From Octopus vulgaris (Eukaryota): a stretch of DNA of 64,000 nucleotides. Below the pieces are notes generated by a model that was given only the letters and a program-made list of their open reading frames with translations, ran no database searches and had not been told where the DNA came from. The DNA is taken from positions 2,232,001 to 2,296,000 of the forward strand of contig OX597831.1 of NCBI GenBank assembly GCA_951406725.2. Direction: 5' to 3'. Positions within the stretch are counted from its first letter, which is position 1. Each line of letters begins with the position of its first letter. Made by a program: the position numbers and the translations under genes. Positions 24,443-36,595 of this stretch are shown one piece after another.

Positions 24443-24541
24443 GTACTGGTAACACAGTGACAAAAGCAATGAATGTTTTAAAGAATCACAGAGTTAAAGA
24501 ACAGAATGTGATCTTGTTAAATCTCTTTTGTACACCACGAT
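24443..24541 (+). CDS. UPRT: UPRT internal coding exon (99 bp)
   Basis: Acceptor ttctag, donor gtaagt; (S)TGNTVTKAMNVLKNHRVKEQNVILLNLFCTPR; completes the metazoan MYPIxSTG PRPP-loop across the junction. Confidence 0.94.
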
Positions 24542-26318
24542 GTAAGTTGCTGATTTTTAAAATTTATTCAATTCTAATTTGTGAGCCTTGAACTTAACCC
24601 CTTGAACTTTGACATAATTCCTTTCATATGCTCTATGCTTGGAAATAATCTTTCACATCTGGCTTGTGGTGGTGATGTCATTGTGCTTGTTGCTTAGCTG
24701 CTGGTCATTTTTGATGAAGCAGACCTGCTATGATCTTCCAGCTCTCACCAGCCGAATACATTAACCAATGTTTTTTTTTTATTATCCTATGTCTTTTTTT
24801 TTTTATTTTGTTGAGTGTAATGTGAGAGAAATTTGGCTGCTCTTTTCCGTAACCATGTAGGGGCTTTGTTATTGATTTTGTGGTGTCGGAAATGGTAGAG
24901 CTGTGGATAAATACATTTTCAGTTGATAGTTTGGCCGTATCCAGCCACAATATTTGCTTTATGTTTAAACAAAATTTTAATATTTTTACCTTTTGCTCAA
25001 TTTACCTGGATTTACCTGTAATTAAAGTCACTTAGAGACAAAAGTTATGCAATAGAATTGATTAAGAACCCTTTCTTTAATGATGTTCCAAATATCACAT
25101 TAATATGTTGATAAGTAAAAAAGTTACAGTTATTTAATGAAACAAGCCTAGATTCATGATTATTTTAGAATTTAATTGAAACTCATGAGGGGTGTATTTT
25201 GGTCAGACATATAGTAACGAAAGGGTTAAGCTGTTGATATCTGGCCTCTAACAGCTACCCTACAATGTCATTCTAAAAATATAGTCACATCATTGAAATC
25301 TGAAAGCTACAAGATAATTCAAAATAATGTGAATAAATAAGCATTGACAGAGTAATTTGAATGCTAAAGGGTTAATGCAGCCGTAGACGCAAAAAAAATT
25401 CTAATTAGAAATATTTGTGTAGTGAGAAAAAGACAACTTAATGATTAATATTATTTTAGTCTTTTTCTTTACATACTCTTTACTCTTTTACTTGCTTCAG
25501 TCATTTGACTGCGGCCATGCTGGAGCACTGCCTTTATAGTCGAGCAAATTGACCCCAGAGCTTATTCTTTGTAAGCCTAGTACTTATTCTATCAGACTCT
25601 TTTGCCAAACCACTAAGTTATGGAGACATAAACACAGACACACAAACATATTGTCCCCTGCAAGTATACATCTTGTGTCTAGTCAACTAGGTTTACTTTG
25701 TGTGTGTGTGTTGGGGGGGAAGACGATTCATAAACTCTGTTTCTCTGCTCATCACTTCAGTGTCTTTGACCTCATACCAAGCTGTTTGTATCATCTTGTT
25801 AATGTATTTAAACAGACACTGAATAAAACAGGTGTTGCATCATTTAATATGACTTCTGGTGTCATATGTCAGGTGGTGTGGTGATGAGCTTCCAAAACAT
25901 TTTAGTCTGTGACCCAGTTTTGATTGTTGGGTCTGGGTATTGAAGTGGAGGATTGTGGCCTAGTGTTTACAGTAGTGCATGCACAATCACAAGGTTGTGG
26001 GTTTGATCCTCTGACTGGGCAGTGCATTGTTCTTGAGCAAAACACTTCTGTTTATATTGACCCAGTTGTAAATGAGTAACCTGGTGTCTTATTCTGATGG
26101 AAACGTTGTGATCTTGGCCATTTATACATCATAGAAACCGGGTAACTGGTTTCCTGTGAGTGAAAGGGCTCAAAGCAGTAATGTTCAGCTCTAGGTATTA
26201 AGGCTTCATCCGCATTTCTAGTACGACTGGGAAGGCATAAACATCACACACTCTCATTTGAAACCACATCTGTGAGGTTTTTTTAATTCTGTATGAACTT
26301 TTATATCTATGAGTTTAA

Positions 26319-26539
26319 CCCTGTAGCAGTAAAACTGGCCATACCTGCTTCAGTATTCCACCTGTTTTATGTTCAAACCAGCTAAATGCAGCCTTTCACA
26401 CCTACCCTACAATGTGCTTCTAAAAAAATAAACAATCACATTATGAAAATCTCAGAGCTACAAGATAATGCATAGTTAATTCAAAACAATAGGAATAAAT
26501 AAGCATTACATTTGACAGAGTAATTTGAATGCTAAAGGG
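26319..26539. mobile_element. piggyBac-type MITE, family E
   Basis: ttaa-ccctgtagc...gctaaaggg-ttaa. Confidence 0.78.
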
Positions 26540-27529
26540 TTAAATTTAATGGCTGGGCAGAATCAGTACAGGGCCATACAGAATACCCTTTAGTTAGCTT
26601 CTTTTGTGTTCTTGGTTCTTGTTAAGAATCACGTCTGTCTTTCATTTTTGTGGAGTTGCTCAATCTGACATGCAGGTGTGTGTAATGTATTATATATTTT
26701 AGCCTTAACAAGTATGCATAAACATATCTAATTTTCCTTATTCATTAAATTGGGTGTGTGTGTGTGGAGGTGCATGGCTTAGTGGCTAGAGTGTTGCACT
26801 TATTAGTGTAAGATTGTGGTTTCGATTCCTGGACTGGGTGGTGCATTGTGTTTTCGAACAAAATACTTCATTTTACATTGCTCCAGTTCATTTAGCTGAC
26901 AAAAACGAATAATTCTGTGATAGACTATTGTCCCATCCAGGGTGGGAATAAATATGCCACAGAACCCAGGAAAACAGCCTTATGAGCCTGTGGCTTGCGA
27001 AAGAACCTTTGATCCATGATTTGACACACACACACACACAAAAAGCTCCTTAATGGATCAGGCTACAAACCACATAGTAAGCCAAAACATAGTAAAGGGA
27101 TGTATGGTAGGGTCCAATGCAGTTGAAATCCAGTAAATCCAATTGGTAATGATTTTAACATGAGGAGTGAATAAAATATAAAGAAAGAGAGGCAGTTATA
27201 AGATGAAAGAATTTATTTCACCAATTGACATCCATACAATGACAATCGTTTTGCAGCCTTTATCATGTAAAAACAACTTATAATGAATTATTTTACATGC
27301 CTGTATTAATGTATATGTGCTGTGAGGTGATGACCTGGTGTGCTTAAATACCCCCTTCCTCTTGTATAATGGTTTGACTGATAAGTTCTGCAATATAGAT
27401 GCCTTGAAGAACATACACTGTGGGGGAAACTTAAAAATAGATTGCAGCTTCTGGTTCAGATAACTTTTTGGCTCTTGATGTGAAAGTATATATGTATGAC
27501 CTGTACATACACACCATGTGTGTGACATG

Positions 27530-27532
<3 letters not shown>

Positions 27533-27600
<68 letters not shown>
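27533..27600. repeat. (TA)n microsatellite, the longest of many
   Basis: Uninterrupted TA run. Confidence 0.95.
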
Positions 27601-27602
<2 letters not shown>

Positions 27603-27765
27603 CGCAGGAGTGGCTGTGTGGTAAGTAGCTTGCTTACCAACCACATGGTTCCGGGATCAGTCCCACTGCGTGGCACCTTGGGCAAGTGTCTTCTACTATA
27701 GCCTCGGGCCGACCAAAGCCTTGTGAGTGGATTTGGTAGACGGAAACTGAAAGAAGCCCATCGTA

Positions 27766-27796
<31 letters not shown>

Positions 27797-28004
27797 GCGT
27801 GTGTGTGTGTTTATGTGTCTGACAACCGATGCTGATGTGTTTATGTCCCCGTTATCTAGCGGTTCGGCAAAAGAGACCAATAGAATAAGTACTGGGCTTA
27901 CAAGAGAATAAGTCCCGGGGTCGATTTGCTCGACTAAAGGCGGTGCTCCAGCATGGCCGCAGTCAAATGACTGAAACAAGTAAAAGAGTAAAGAGAGTAA
28001 AGAG
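27601..28004 (+). mobile_element. SINE family A copy after a long (TA)n tract
   Basis: Full-length copy beginning right after the (TA)n at 27533-27600. Confidence 0.85.
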
Positions 28005-28194
28005 TATATATATATATATATGTAATATATAGTAATATTGTTTTGACTTCATTATTACAACTTATGACTTCATGCCAGTATGAACAAGCCAGTCTAGACT
28101 CCACTTATATGGATACTCTAACAACGATTTGGAGTAGTTTATGATTCTGATACCATGCACCACCACTAGACTAGATGTACATACAAATATGAAA

Positions 28195-28462
28195 AGTGAC
28201 CGAGACCTTTGGCATTATGTCAGGCCTGAAGAAAACCCATCAAACCAAGTAAAATTGCAGCCACGGCAGATACTGGTGTCATGCAAATGACACCCATGCT
28301 GGTGGCACGTAAAAGCACCCATTACACTCTCCGAGTGGTTAACATTAGGAAGGGCATCCAGATGTAGAAGCCATGCCAAATCAGACTGGAATCTGGTGCA
28401 GCTTGCCAGCTCTTGTCAAACCGTCCAACCCATGCCAGCATGGACAATGGACATTAAATGAT
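28195..28462 (+). mobile_element. Retroposon family D ((GAT)n-tailed; ggcacgtaaaagcacc and ggaagggcatccag motifs)
   Basis: Copies at about 23600-23850, 34700-34860, 36850-37090, 37745-37892, 63385-63540, and reversed at 19235-19374, 20626-20970, 35537-35695, 51346-51905. Confidence 0.7.
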
Positions 28463-28529
28463 TTTATATATACATATATATATATAGTGAGCTGTTCAAT
28501 TAATTTTTTTCTTTTTCTTTTTCTTAAAG

Positions 28530-28636
28530 CTGTCAAATCACTTATCAACTCATTCCCTGGTATCACCATAGTAACGACAGAAGTTCACCCAGTAGCACCG
28601 AATCACTTTGGACAGAAATATTTTGGCACTGAATGA
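28530..28636 (+). CDS. UPRT: UPRT terminal coding exon
   Basis: Polypyrimidine tract plus aaag acceptor; (S)VKSLINSFPGITIVTTEVHPVAPNHFGQKYFGTE then TGA; HFGQKYFGT is the metazoan UPRT C-terminus. Confidence 0.95.
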
Positions 28637-31600
28637 ACCAAAGGCCAATGCTGTATCCCCACCCTGTGAGTTGTTGCTGCTGTTTCCTGCACATCACCTT
28701 TCCTATTCCAGATGCTTCCAAAGGGGTGCATTTTTAAAGTTCAGTTTTTTTCTACTCGGAGCTCTCGGTCACTGAACTTGTAACTATAACAATATTGAAA
28801 TGCAAATATCTGAAACGGAAAAAAAAAAATTGTTTAACATACTTTATTTCCCTTTTGGTATATTTATTGGGTGTTTTCAGTATCATCTCAGAATTTCTTT
28901 TTCTTTTCTTTTTTTGATTTAATGAAAACAGTTTGTATGAAAGAGAGGAATTTTTCTTTTTTTTTTTTTTTTTTACAATGATTGTTTCCTTGTACAGAAT
29001 TTCATTAAAATTATTCCATATTCTGTAGAAAGCCAACTTAAGCATCTAAAGATAGCAGTGGAAATATCTCAATAATCTTTATGCTTCAATCCAACAAACA
29101 TTATTGCAAAGATGAACACTTTTTTGAAAAATCGCATGTTCCTGTTTTATTTCTTCCTTTTATATTTGTGAATCCTTTATTTTGAAACCATATCATGAAA
29201 CATTTGAATATTTCTTATTTTATGATTTATTTGTTTTTCTGAAAATTTACAATGTCTTTTTTTCTTCTTCCTTCTTAGTTTTATTATTTAGAACTGATTT
29301 TTATCAACCTTTACAATTTTCAAATCATTTGTATCCCTTTTTTCTCCTCCTCCTCTCAATATTTGTATATTCTCAAAATGATCTGTAGAACAATTTTGTC
29401 AAGGTTTTCAAGTTAGAGAATATGTGGAAATATCCAATATCATGGTGTTAGCTTGTTTAATACAAAACAATTCTTACAAGGAGCTCTCTTGCACCAAAAA
29501 CGTGAAATTAAGGTTAATTTTACTAAGATGAGTAAAATTGGATTTAACTTTTTTTTTTCTTCTGAATGTTGTTGTCAAACCCTAAAGGTAGAATCAGTGG
29601 GGCAACTGACAAAATAATTTGTTTTCTTTGGTTGTCTTTATATGTCCCCAAGTTCAAATACTGCCCCTGTCTACTTTGCCTTTAATTCTTCCGAGATAAA
29701 ATAAGTATCAGTAAGATGTGGTGGTGGTGGTTGATATAATCAACAATATGTTTGAATGTGGTACCTCAACATGGCTACATTTCAATAGCTGAAACTAGTG
29801 ATATAAAAAAATTACAAAACAGAAGAGAAAAAAAAATCAACTGGAATGATGTGTTGACTTTTGATGTGGAAAATAACATTTTTGGCATCACTTTTGTCTT
29901 TGGAGGACAAGTGAGGAATTCTCAACAAAATGTAGGTTTTCATTTCCAATCCATTTCTTACTGAAGCAGGCTGTCAGTAGCTTACCCTGATACTAGTGAC
30001 TTTCCTTTAATATAAACGTGTTCCTCTCTAACATGATTCCCTCTCCACTGTATATTGTAAATTTAGAGATCAATACTTATCTGTTGTCCTATAACCATCC
30101 ACACCACTGCCTCAGAGATCACTTTAGTGATTCCAGCTAACTGGCAAATGCCTCTTATCTTCTCAGGTTTAAAATATCCAATTTACAGGGATTTATCTTT
30201 GATGAAAATTAAACAAATCTTTTAGATGTTGAATTACATCCAATTTACTTTGTGTCTCTCAAGAAACAAAGTATCAACAACTGTCTAGTTATCATGTTTA
30301 TTCATGTCATGTTCTCCTGAATTTTACTTAATCACATCACCAGTAATACTATTTTAGATTTAAAGTGCAGTTGAGGTTAGCTTCTTACCCTGAAAGGTGA
30401 CCACTTTTGTTGATAACATTCTTTAAAATGCTGGGTCATGACTTCATATTTTTGATTCTTGCAGTAGTGTGTCCTTAAAAAAAAAAAAAAAAACACTTGA
30501 TTTTATGTACCTAACAGAAATACTGTTAATCAATGATCTGTATAAAAGTATAAATCTACCCTGACCACTACCATTTACTATGGTATGATGGCAATACTTT
30601 TGATTTACTATGAATGATGGCAATACTTTTGATTTAAATTTTAGTAAAAAGATATGGAAGGGAGAAATGGGTAAATGACAACAAAATTAAATTTATTTCA
30701 GCAAACACGTGTTATGATGTTTCTGTCAATATCTGTTTTAAAATGGAAGTAATTATCTAAGAGAAGTCTGAAACTGAAATAAGCTTCTCATTTAGTTATT
30801 CTAGTATTTTCTCTACTTGAGGAGTTTTCTTATGAAATGAAATGAATGTAACAAATCACTCCTTGTATATACTACCACGCGTTAACACTATATTAGCACT
30901 CTTGCCCATACTGCCAATCAGCATATAGGACCAATCAACACTCACAGCTCCTGCTGCTACGACAACTGAATTACATAATTTTTGTTCAGAATACTTTAAT
31001 TCAATGATATTCCCATTAGCTTGGGAGTTGGTGCTAAATAGATCAACCTCAGTCACTTGTACTATGTATAAAATTAACTTACTTTTGGCATTGTGTAGTT
31101 TTTCTTTACTGGATGGACAGCACAGCTGAGAGAGAGAGAGAGCTAACTTGGCTTAGTGAAATACTGTGAAGCATTTGTCTGTTAAGGAGCAGAGGTGAGT
31201 CAAGTCTTTGGAATGAGGTGATGTTGAACAGGAGGATAATCCTATAGATTTTCATGAATAGTGTGTTTGGAGAAACACATCTTGATTAAAATATATATAT
31301 ATATGTATATGGTAAGAAATTTCTTGGATGGTCAGATTGATTGTTGTGCCACAAGATAATGTATAGAGTAATGTTTTGGGTTGTGCTTTTCTATGTGTGA
31401 CAGCCAAATACAATACATAGATTTTTATGGTTTGATATCTTGAAGCAACCCTTTGAATAAAGTTTCTACTATTATGAAATGTTGCACTGATTACCTCTGT
31501 GGTTTGATCACAGCTAATATCTAATCTTCCTCATCAATATCCCTTCTTTGTTGAACAAAGCAATTAAAACAAAACAAACAAAAAAAAAGAAAGAAAATGC

Positions 31601-31920
31601 AGTCCTAACGCCCAGTTATGGAATAATATTCAAATATTTTTTTTTCTCTTTTCTCAAGAGTGGAAAATTTCAGTGAAGTAAATCTGTTTACCTTTCTTCA
31701 CTTCCAATGAACCAGATCAGAACTTGATGAGTTAATTGACTGTACATGATCTTTGTGTGTGTGAGAGAAAGAGAGAGAGAGAGAGAGCATATATATAATA
31801 TATATATATATATATAATGTCTATGTATGCATGTATATATTATATGACAACTATTTACAGTGCAGAAGATATATCTTTGTATAGTTAGCAATAAATTGCC
31901 TGGACAGAAATCGTTATCAA
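28637..31920 (+). other. Putative long UPRT 3' UTR; candidate polyA signals at 31456-31461 and 31890-31895
   Basis: About 3.3 kb with far fewer intact SINEs than the introns; the second AATAAA is followed by a GT-rich tract (gtgttgttgtt at 31921). End point is inferred. Confidence 0.4.
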
Positions 31921-32851
31921 GTGTTGTTGTTATTCTCTGAAGTTTAATCTGTTTAATTTTTTGCTTTGATTTTTAATTTTTATGAGCAGTGAATTATTAG
32001 AATTGAAAAATGAGCAGAACCATTGCTGAAAACTGCTTAGTTTCATCTAAAATCTCTTCAGAATCCATACAATAGATTTTATGCACGTTCTGTGAGTTGA
32101 TCCACTCAACGATAATCCTCTCCAGGAAGACAAAATTTGATCCTGGCAGGATTTGAACGAAGAATTAATTTAACTGAATACCGGAAAATGTTGTCCTTGG
32201 ACAAATAATAAATATTACTATTCTTACTAAACGTTTGTTGCATTATATATAACCAAAAACAGATTTATTGCAATATGCTGCACCTTGTTTATAAAGCTGA
32301 TATTAGTTACAACGATGCCATCAATACAGAACCGAAGTGTTTAAAAGGTAAACGAGTTCATTCTATTGGCTTAATTTTTGAAATTATCTCCCTTGATATA
32401 TAAATTTCGATTCGATGAGTCTTCAATAACGGATATTTGAAGAATCCAAGAACAGTTCCTGTAATTATAATTACAAATTGTATATCTAAAGAATGTTTTA
32501 CTGCATTTGCCACTTTTAAAATATATATTTGTGTCATATCAGCAACTGTATATTTCTATCATTGATGGTACATTAATTTAGTACACGGGATTTTGAGTTC
32601 AAACCATATCAGAGCTATTATTATTTTTGTCCTTTTAGTAAGATGCATAACTCGACTTTGCTGGATAAACTGAGGCAAACGAACAGCTACTGCTCTAAAT
32701 TCCAAGTTGGAAGGCCATTTACAAGAAGATTATCAAACTATAAAAATAATGGCTCCAACAAAACCCTTTACTTTATGCAAAACGCCTTTTACAGTTAGGA
32801 AGTATCTTTTGCATCCACGTAGTTCTACGTTTGGTCTCAATGAATACCTTA

Positions 32852-33088
32852 AAGCAGTGAGCTGGCAGAATCGTTAGCACGCTGGGCGAAATGCTTAGCG
32901 GTATTTCATCTGCCGCTACGTTCTGAGTTCAAATTCCGCCGAGGTCGACTTTGCCTTTCATCCTTTCGGGGTCGATTAAATAAGTACCAGTTATGCACTG
33001 GGGTCGATATAATCGACTTAATCCTTTTGTCTGTCCTTGTTTGTCCCCTCTGTGCGTAGCCCCTTGTGGGCAGTAAAGAAATAGGTAT
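32852..33088 (+). mobile_element. SINE family B, well-preserved copy
   Basis: Near-identical to 9317-9546 and 38903-39120. Confidence 0.8.
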
Positions 33089-33718
33089 TTCATGTCTTAA
33101 TATTCTGAGTTCAAATTCCGCCGAGGTCGATCTTTACCTTTCATCCTTTCAAGGTCAATGTAATCGACTTACCTCCTCCTGCAAGTTGCTGGCCTTGGGC
33201 CAAAATTTGAAAATAATGTATTCCCTATCGGGTTTTGTGTCTTCTATTTATATCACTTCAAATCAACCCTTATTTTAGTGAAAAACATTTCGCTAAACAA
33301 GAGATGTGTTTCTATAAGCATCTTTAGCTGAGTTATCTCCCTTCACGCCAAAAAATTTAAGGATTTGATTTTGTGTTACGAGGCTAGAATAAGTACAGAG
33401 CTAATTAGTTTAAAGGAAATTATGAGATGGAATAATTTTATAGCAAACCGTGTACGATAAAATTCAATTGCTTTCAAGTCAAATTGTGGTTCTATTCTAA
33501 TTGAGGACTGTGAAAAAGCATTAAGTACTTTTATATGAGATTTTAAACAGTGCCGGAATTGCTAATGATTTCTATGGGGCTGTTGAAATTGATACCTTTG
33601 TGCTAAAGTTATTATTATTATTAAGAGGCGATGAAACACTGGGGTCGATGTAATTGACTAGTCCCCTCTAAAATTTCAAGGCTTTTGCCATTAATAGAAA
33701 GTATTATTATTATTATTA

Positions 33719-34066
33719 TTACCTCCGCCTTAATGAAGGTGGAGGTATTGTTTGCAGTCGTGTTTGTCTGTTCTTCGACAAGATATCACAAGAACCGCTG
33801 GATGGATTTGGATGAAACTTTCAGGGATGTTTGGCCTTGTGACTGATTAGATTTTGGGATCGATCCGGTACTGGACAAAGATTCTGGGGTTTTTTTTATC
33901 GTTTGTTTATTTATTTTTGAGAGCAGTCAGGTTAATTTTTAGTATTCTCGTTTGTGAGAGTAGTCGAATTTATTTCAGATTTCTCATTTTAAAAATCACC
34001 TCTGGCTAATCATTGAGAGGATGTTGGTGTTGCTTTGACGGAGGTTTGTACTGTCTGAGTTCCCTT
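33719..34066 (+). mobile_element. Helentron-associated (HINE/DINE-1-like) non-autonomous element
   Basis: Subterminal inverted repeat acctccgcc / gacggaggt, 5' hairpin acctccgcctt..aaggtggaggt, core ggatttggatgaaacttt, sits in (TTA)n. Confidence 0.6.
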
Positions 34067-36202
34067 ATTATTATCATTATCATTAAAAGGTGGCAAGCTA
34101 GCAGAATTGTTAGTATGCCAAGTAAAATGCCCAGTGGCATTTTGTCTATCTTTAGATTCTGAGTTCAAATGCTACCAGGGTCGACTTTGCATTTCATCCT
34201 TTCAGGGTCAATAAATAAAGCACCAGTTGAGCACTTGGATCGACGTAGCCCCTTATCCAAAATTTATGCTATTGTACCAAAACTTGAAACCATTATTAAT
34301 ATTCCTCTCTTTTATCAGTGCAAGGCTTGAAATTTGTGGGGAAGGGTCTAGATGATTACATCAACTCCAGTGCTAAACTAGTACTTATTTTATCGACCCT
34401 GAAAGGATGAAAGGTAAACTCAAGCATTTGCCAGATCAAGCCACGAGATTGAGGTCCTTTCCTCTGATCTATGCATCCAGACACTCCTGGGGTGCCTTCT
34501 TTCTGGATTGACATCTATGAGTACCAGTTACGCACTGAGGTCGATGTAATCGACTTAAAACCTTGTGTGTCCCCTCTATGTTTAGCCCCTTGTGGGTAAT
34601 AAAGAAACAGGTTTGTACATACATACACACATGGTACTTGACTTTGTCTTGTCTTGCAAGTTACTTGGTGGAGTTGCCAGTGCTATTTCCACAAAACAAG
34701 CACCCAATACATTCTGTAAAGTGGTTGGCATTAAGAAGGGCATCAGCTGTAGAAACCATGGTAAAACAGACAACAGGGCAAAGCACGTCCCTCTGGCTTG
34801 CCAGCTTTTGTCAAACAGTCCAACCCATGCCAGCATAGAACACGGACATGAAATTATGATAGCTACATTGCATATATATATATAGGTATGAACCAAGGGA
34901 AATAACTCGTATACGCTCGGAGTTGTCTCCTCTTGCGCTATGTGACATGACACTAAATTACGGTCAATGATCAATCTTCATTTCTGTGCCAGTTTTGCTA
35001 ATCCTTATCTGCTTATCATACGAGTTTACATGTGATTTGTCATCAAATCGATCAGGGAGAAATTTGGTGTACATTAACTTTGGTAACTTACCAAATTTTT
35101 AAGGTGCTCAATTATAAATTCAAATCTTGAGAACCACATTGAACTGTTTCCTTAAGACACTTAATTCTCAAATAGCTTATTTGCCGAGCAAAAATAAATG
35201 GGAAGTAAAGAAGGGATACAGTTCGCATAAAGACTTGGAACAGTCATGGACAATATATATGGATTTAACTAATCTGGTGGTACTTGTAAAACAAAAAAAG
35301 CTCCTTTAATTGAACAGGTTTAGAAACCATATAGTAAACCAAAACAAAAAAAAAAAAGGGATGTAGGGTAGAGTCCAATGCAGTTGAAATCCAGCAAATC
35401 CAATTGGTAATGATTATTTCATTAGGAGTGTATTTATATATATAAAGATATATATATAGTTAATCCAAACATGAAAACAACAACGAGAGGACGTGGAACA
35501 AGTATAGTATTATTGGACGCTCAGGAAAGAAGGAATATCATCATCATCGTTTAACGTCCGTTTTCCATGCTAGCATGGGTTGGACGGTTCAACTGGGGTC
35601 TGGGAAGCCCGAAGGCTGCACCAGACTCCAGTCAGATCTGGCAGTGTTTCTACAGCTGGATGCCCTTCCTAACGCCAACCACTCCAAGAGTGTAGAATAT
35701 ATATATATAGTGTGGAGGTGCATGGCTTAGTGGTTAGGCTGTTGAACTCATGATCATAAGGTTGTGGTTTCATTGTGATGCATTGTGTTCTTGAGCAAAA
35801 CACTTCATTTTTCACATTGCTCCACTCCACTCAGCTGGCAAAAATGAGTAATCCTGCAACAGACATGTGTCCCTTCCAGGTGGGGAATTTCTATGCCACT
35901 GAAACCGGGAAACCGTCCCTTAAAAGCCTGGCATGGCTCGAGAAAGAACATTTTAATATATATATATACTTAGTGGCATTTTGCTCATCCTTACATTCTG
36001 AGTTCAAATTCTGCTGAGGTCAATGAATCAACTACCAACCAAATTTGCTGGCCTTCTGCCAAAATTTGAAACTTTTCATCTTACTGGAGCTGATGAAATA
36101 AAATAACAGTCAATCTCTGAGGTCAACTTACTTAACTATTCTCCACAACCAAATTTCTGGCCTTGCGTTGTTAGAAAAAGGATATTTTTTTCTTGTAGTG
36201 GC

Positions 36203-36595
36203 TCTCTTTACTCTTTTACTTGTTTCAGTCATTTGACTGCGGCCATGCTGGAGCACCGCTTTTAGTCGAGCAAATCGACCCCGGGACTTATTCTTTGTAA
36301 GCCTAGTACTTATTCTATCGTTATCTTTTGCCGAACCGCTAAGTGACGGGGACGTAAACACACCAGCATCGGTTGTCAAGCAATGCTAGGGGGACAAACA
36401 CACACACACATAACATATATATATACATATATACGACAGGCTTCTTTCAGTTTCCGTCTACCAAATCCACTCACAAGGCATTGGTCGGCCCGGGGCTATA
36501 GCAGAAGACACTTGCCCAAGATGCCATGCAGTGGGACTGAACCCGCAACCATGTGGTTGGTTAGCAAGCTACTTACCACACAGCCACTCCTGCGC
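36203..36595 (-). mobile_element. SINE family A copy
   Basis: Reverse complement, full length. Confidence 0.85.
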
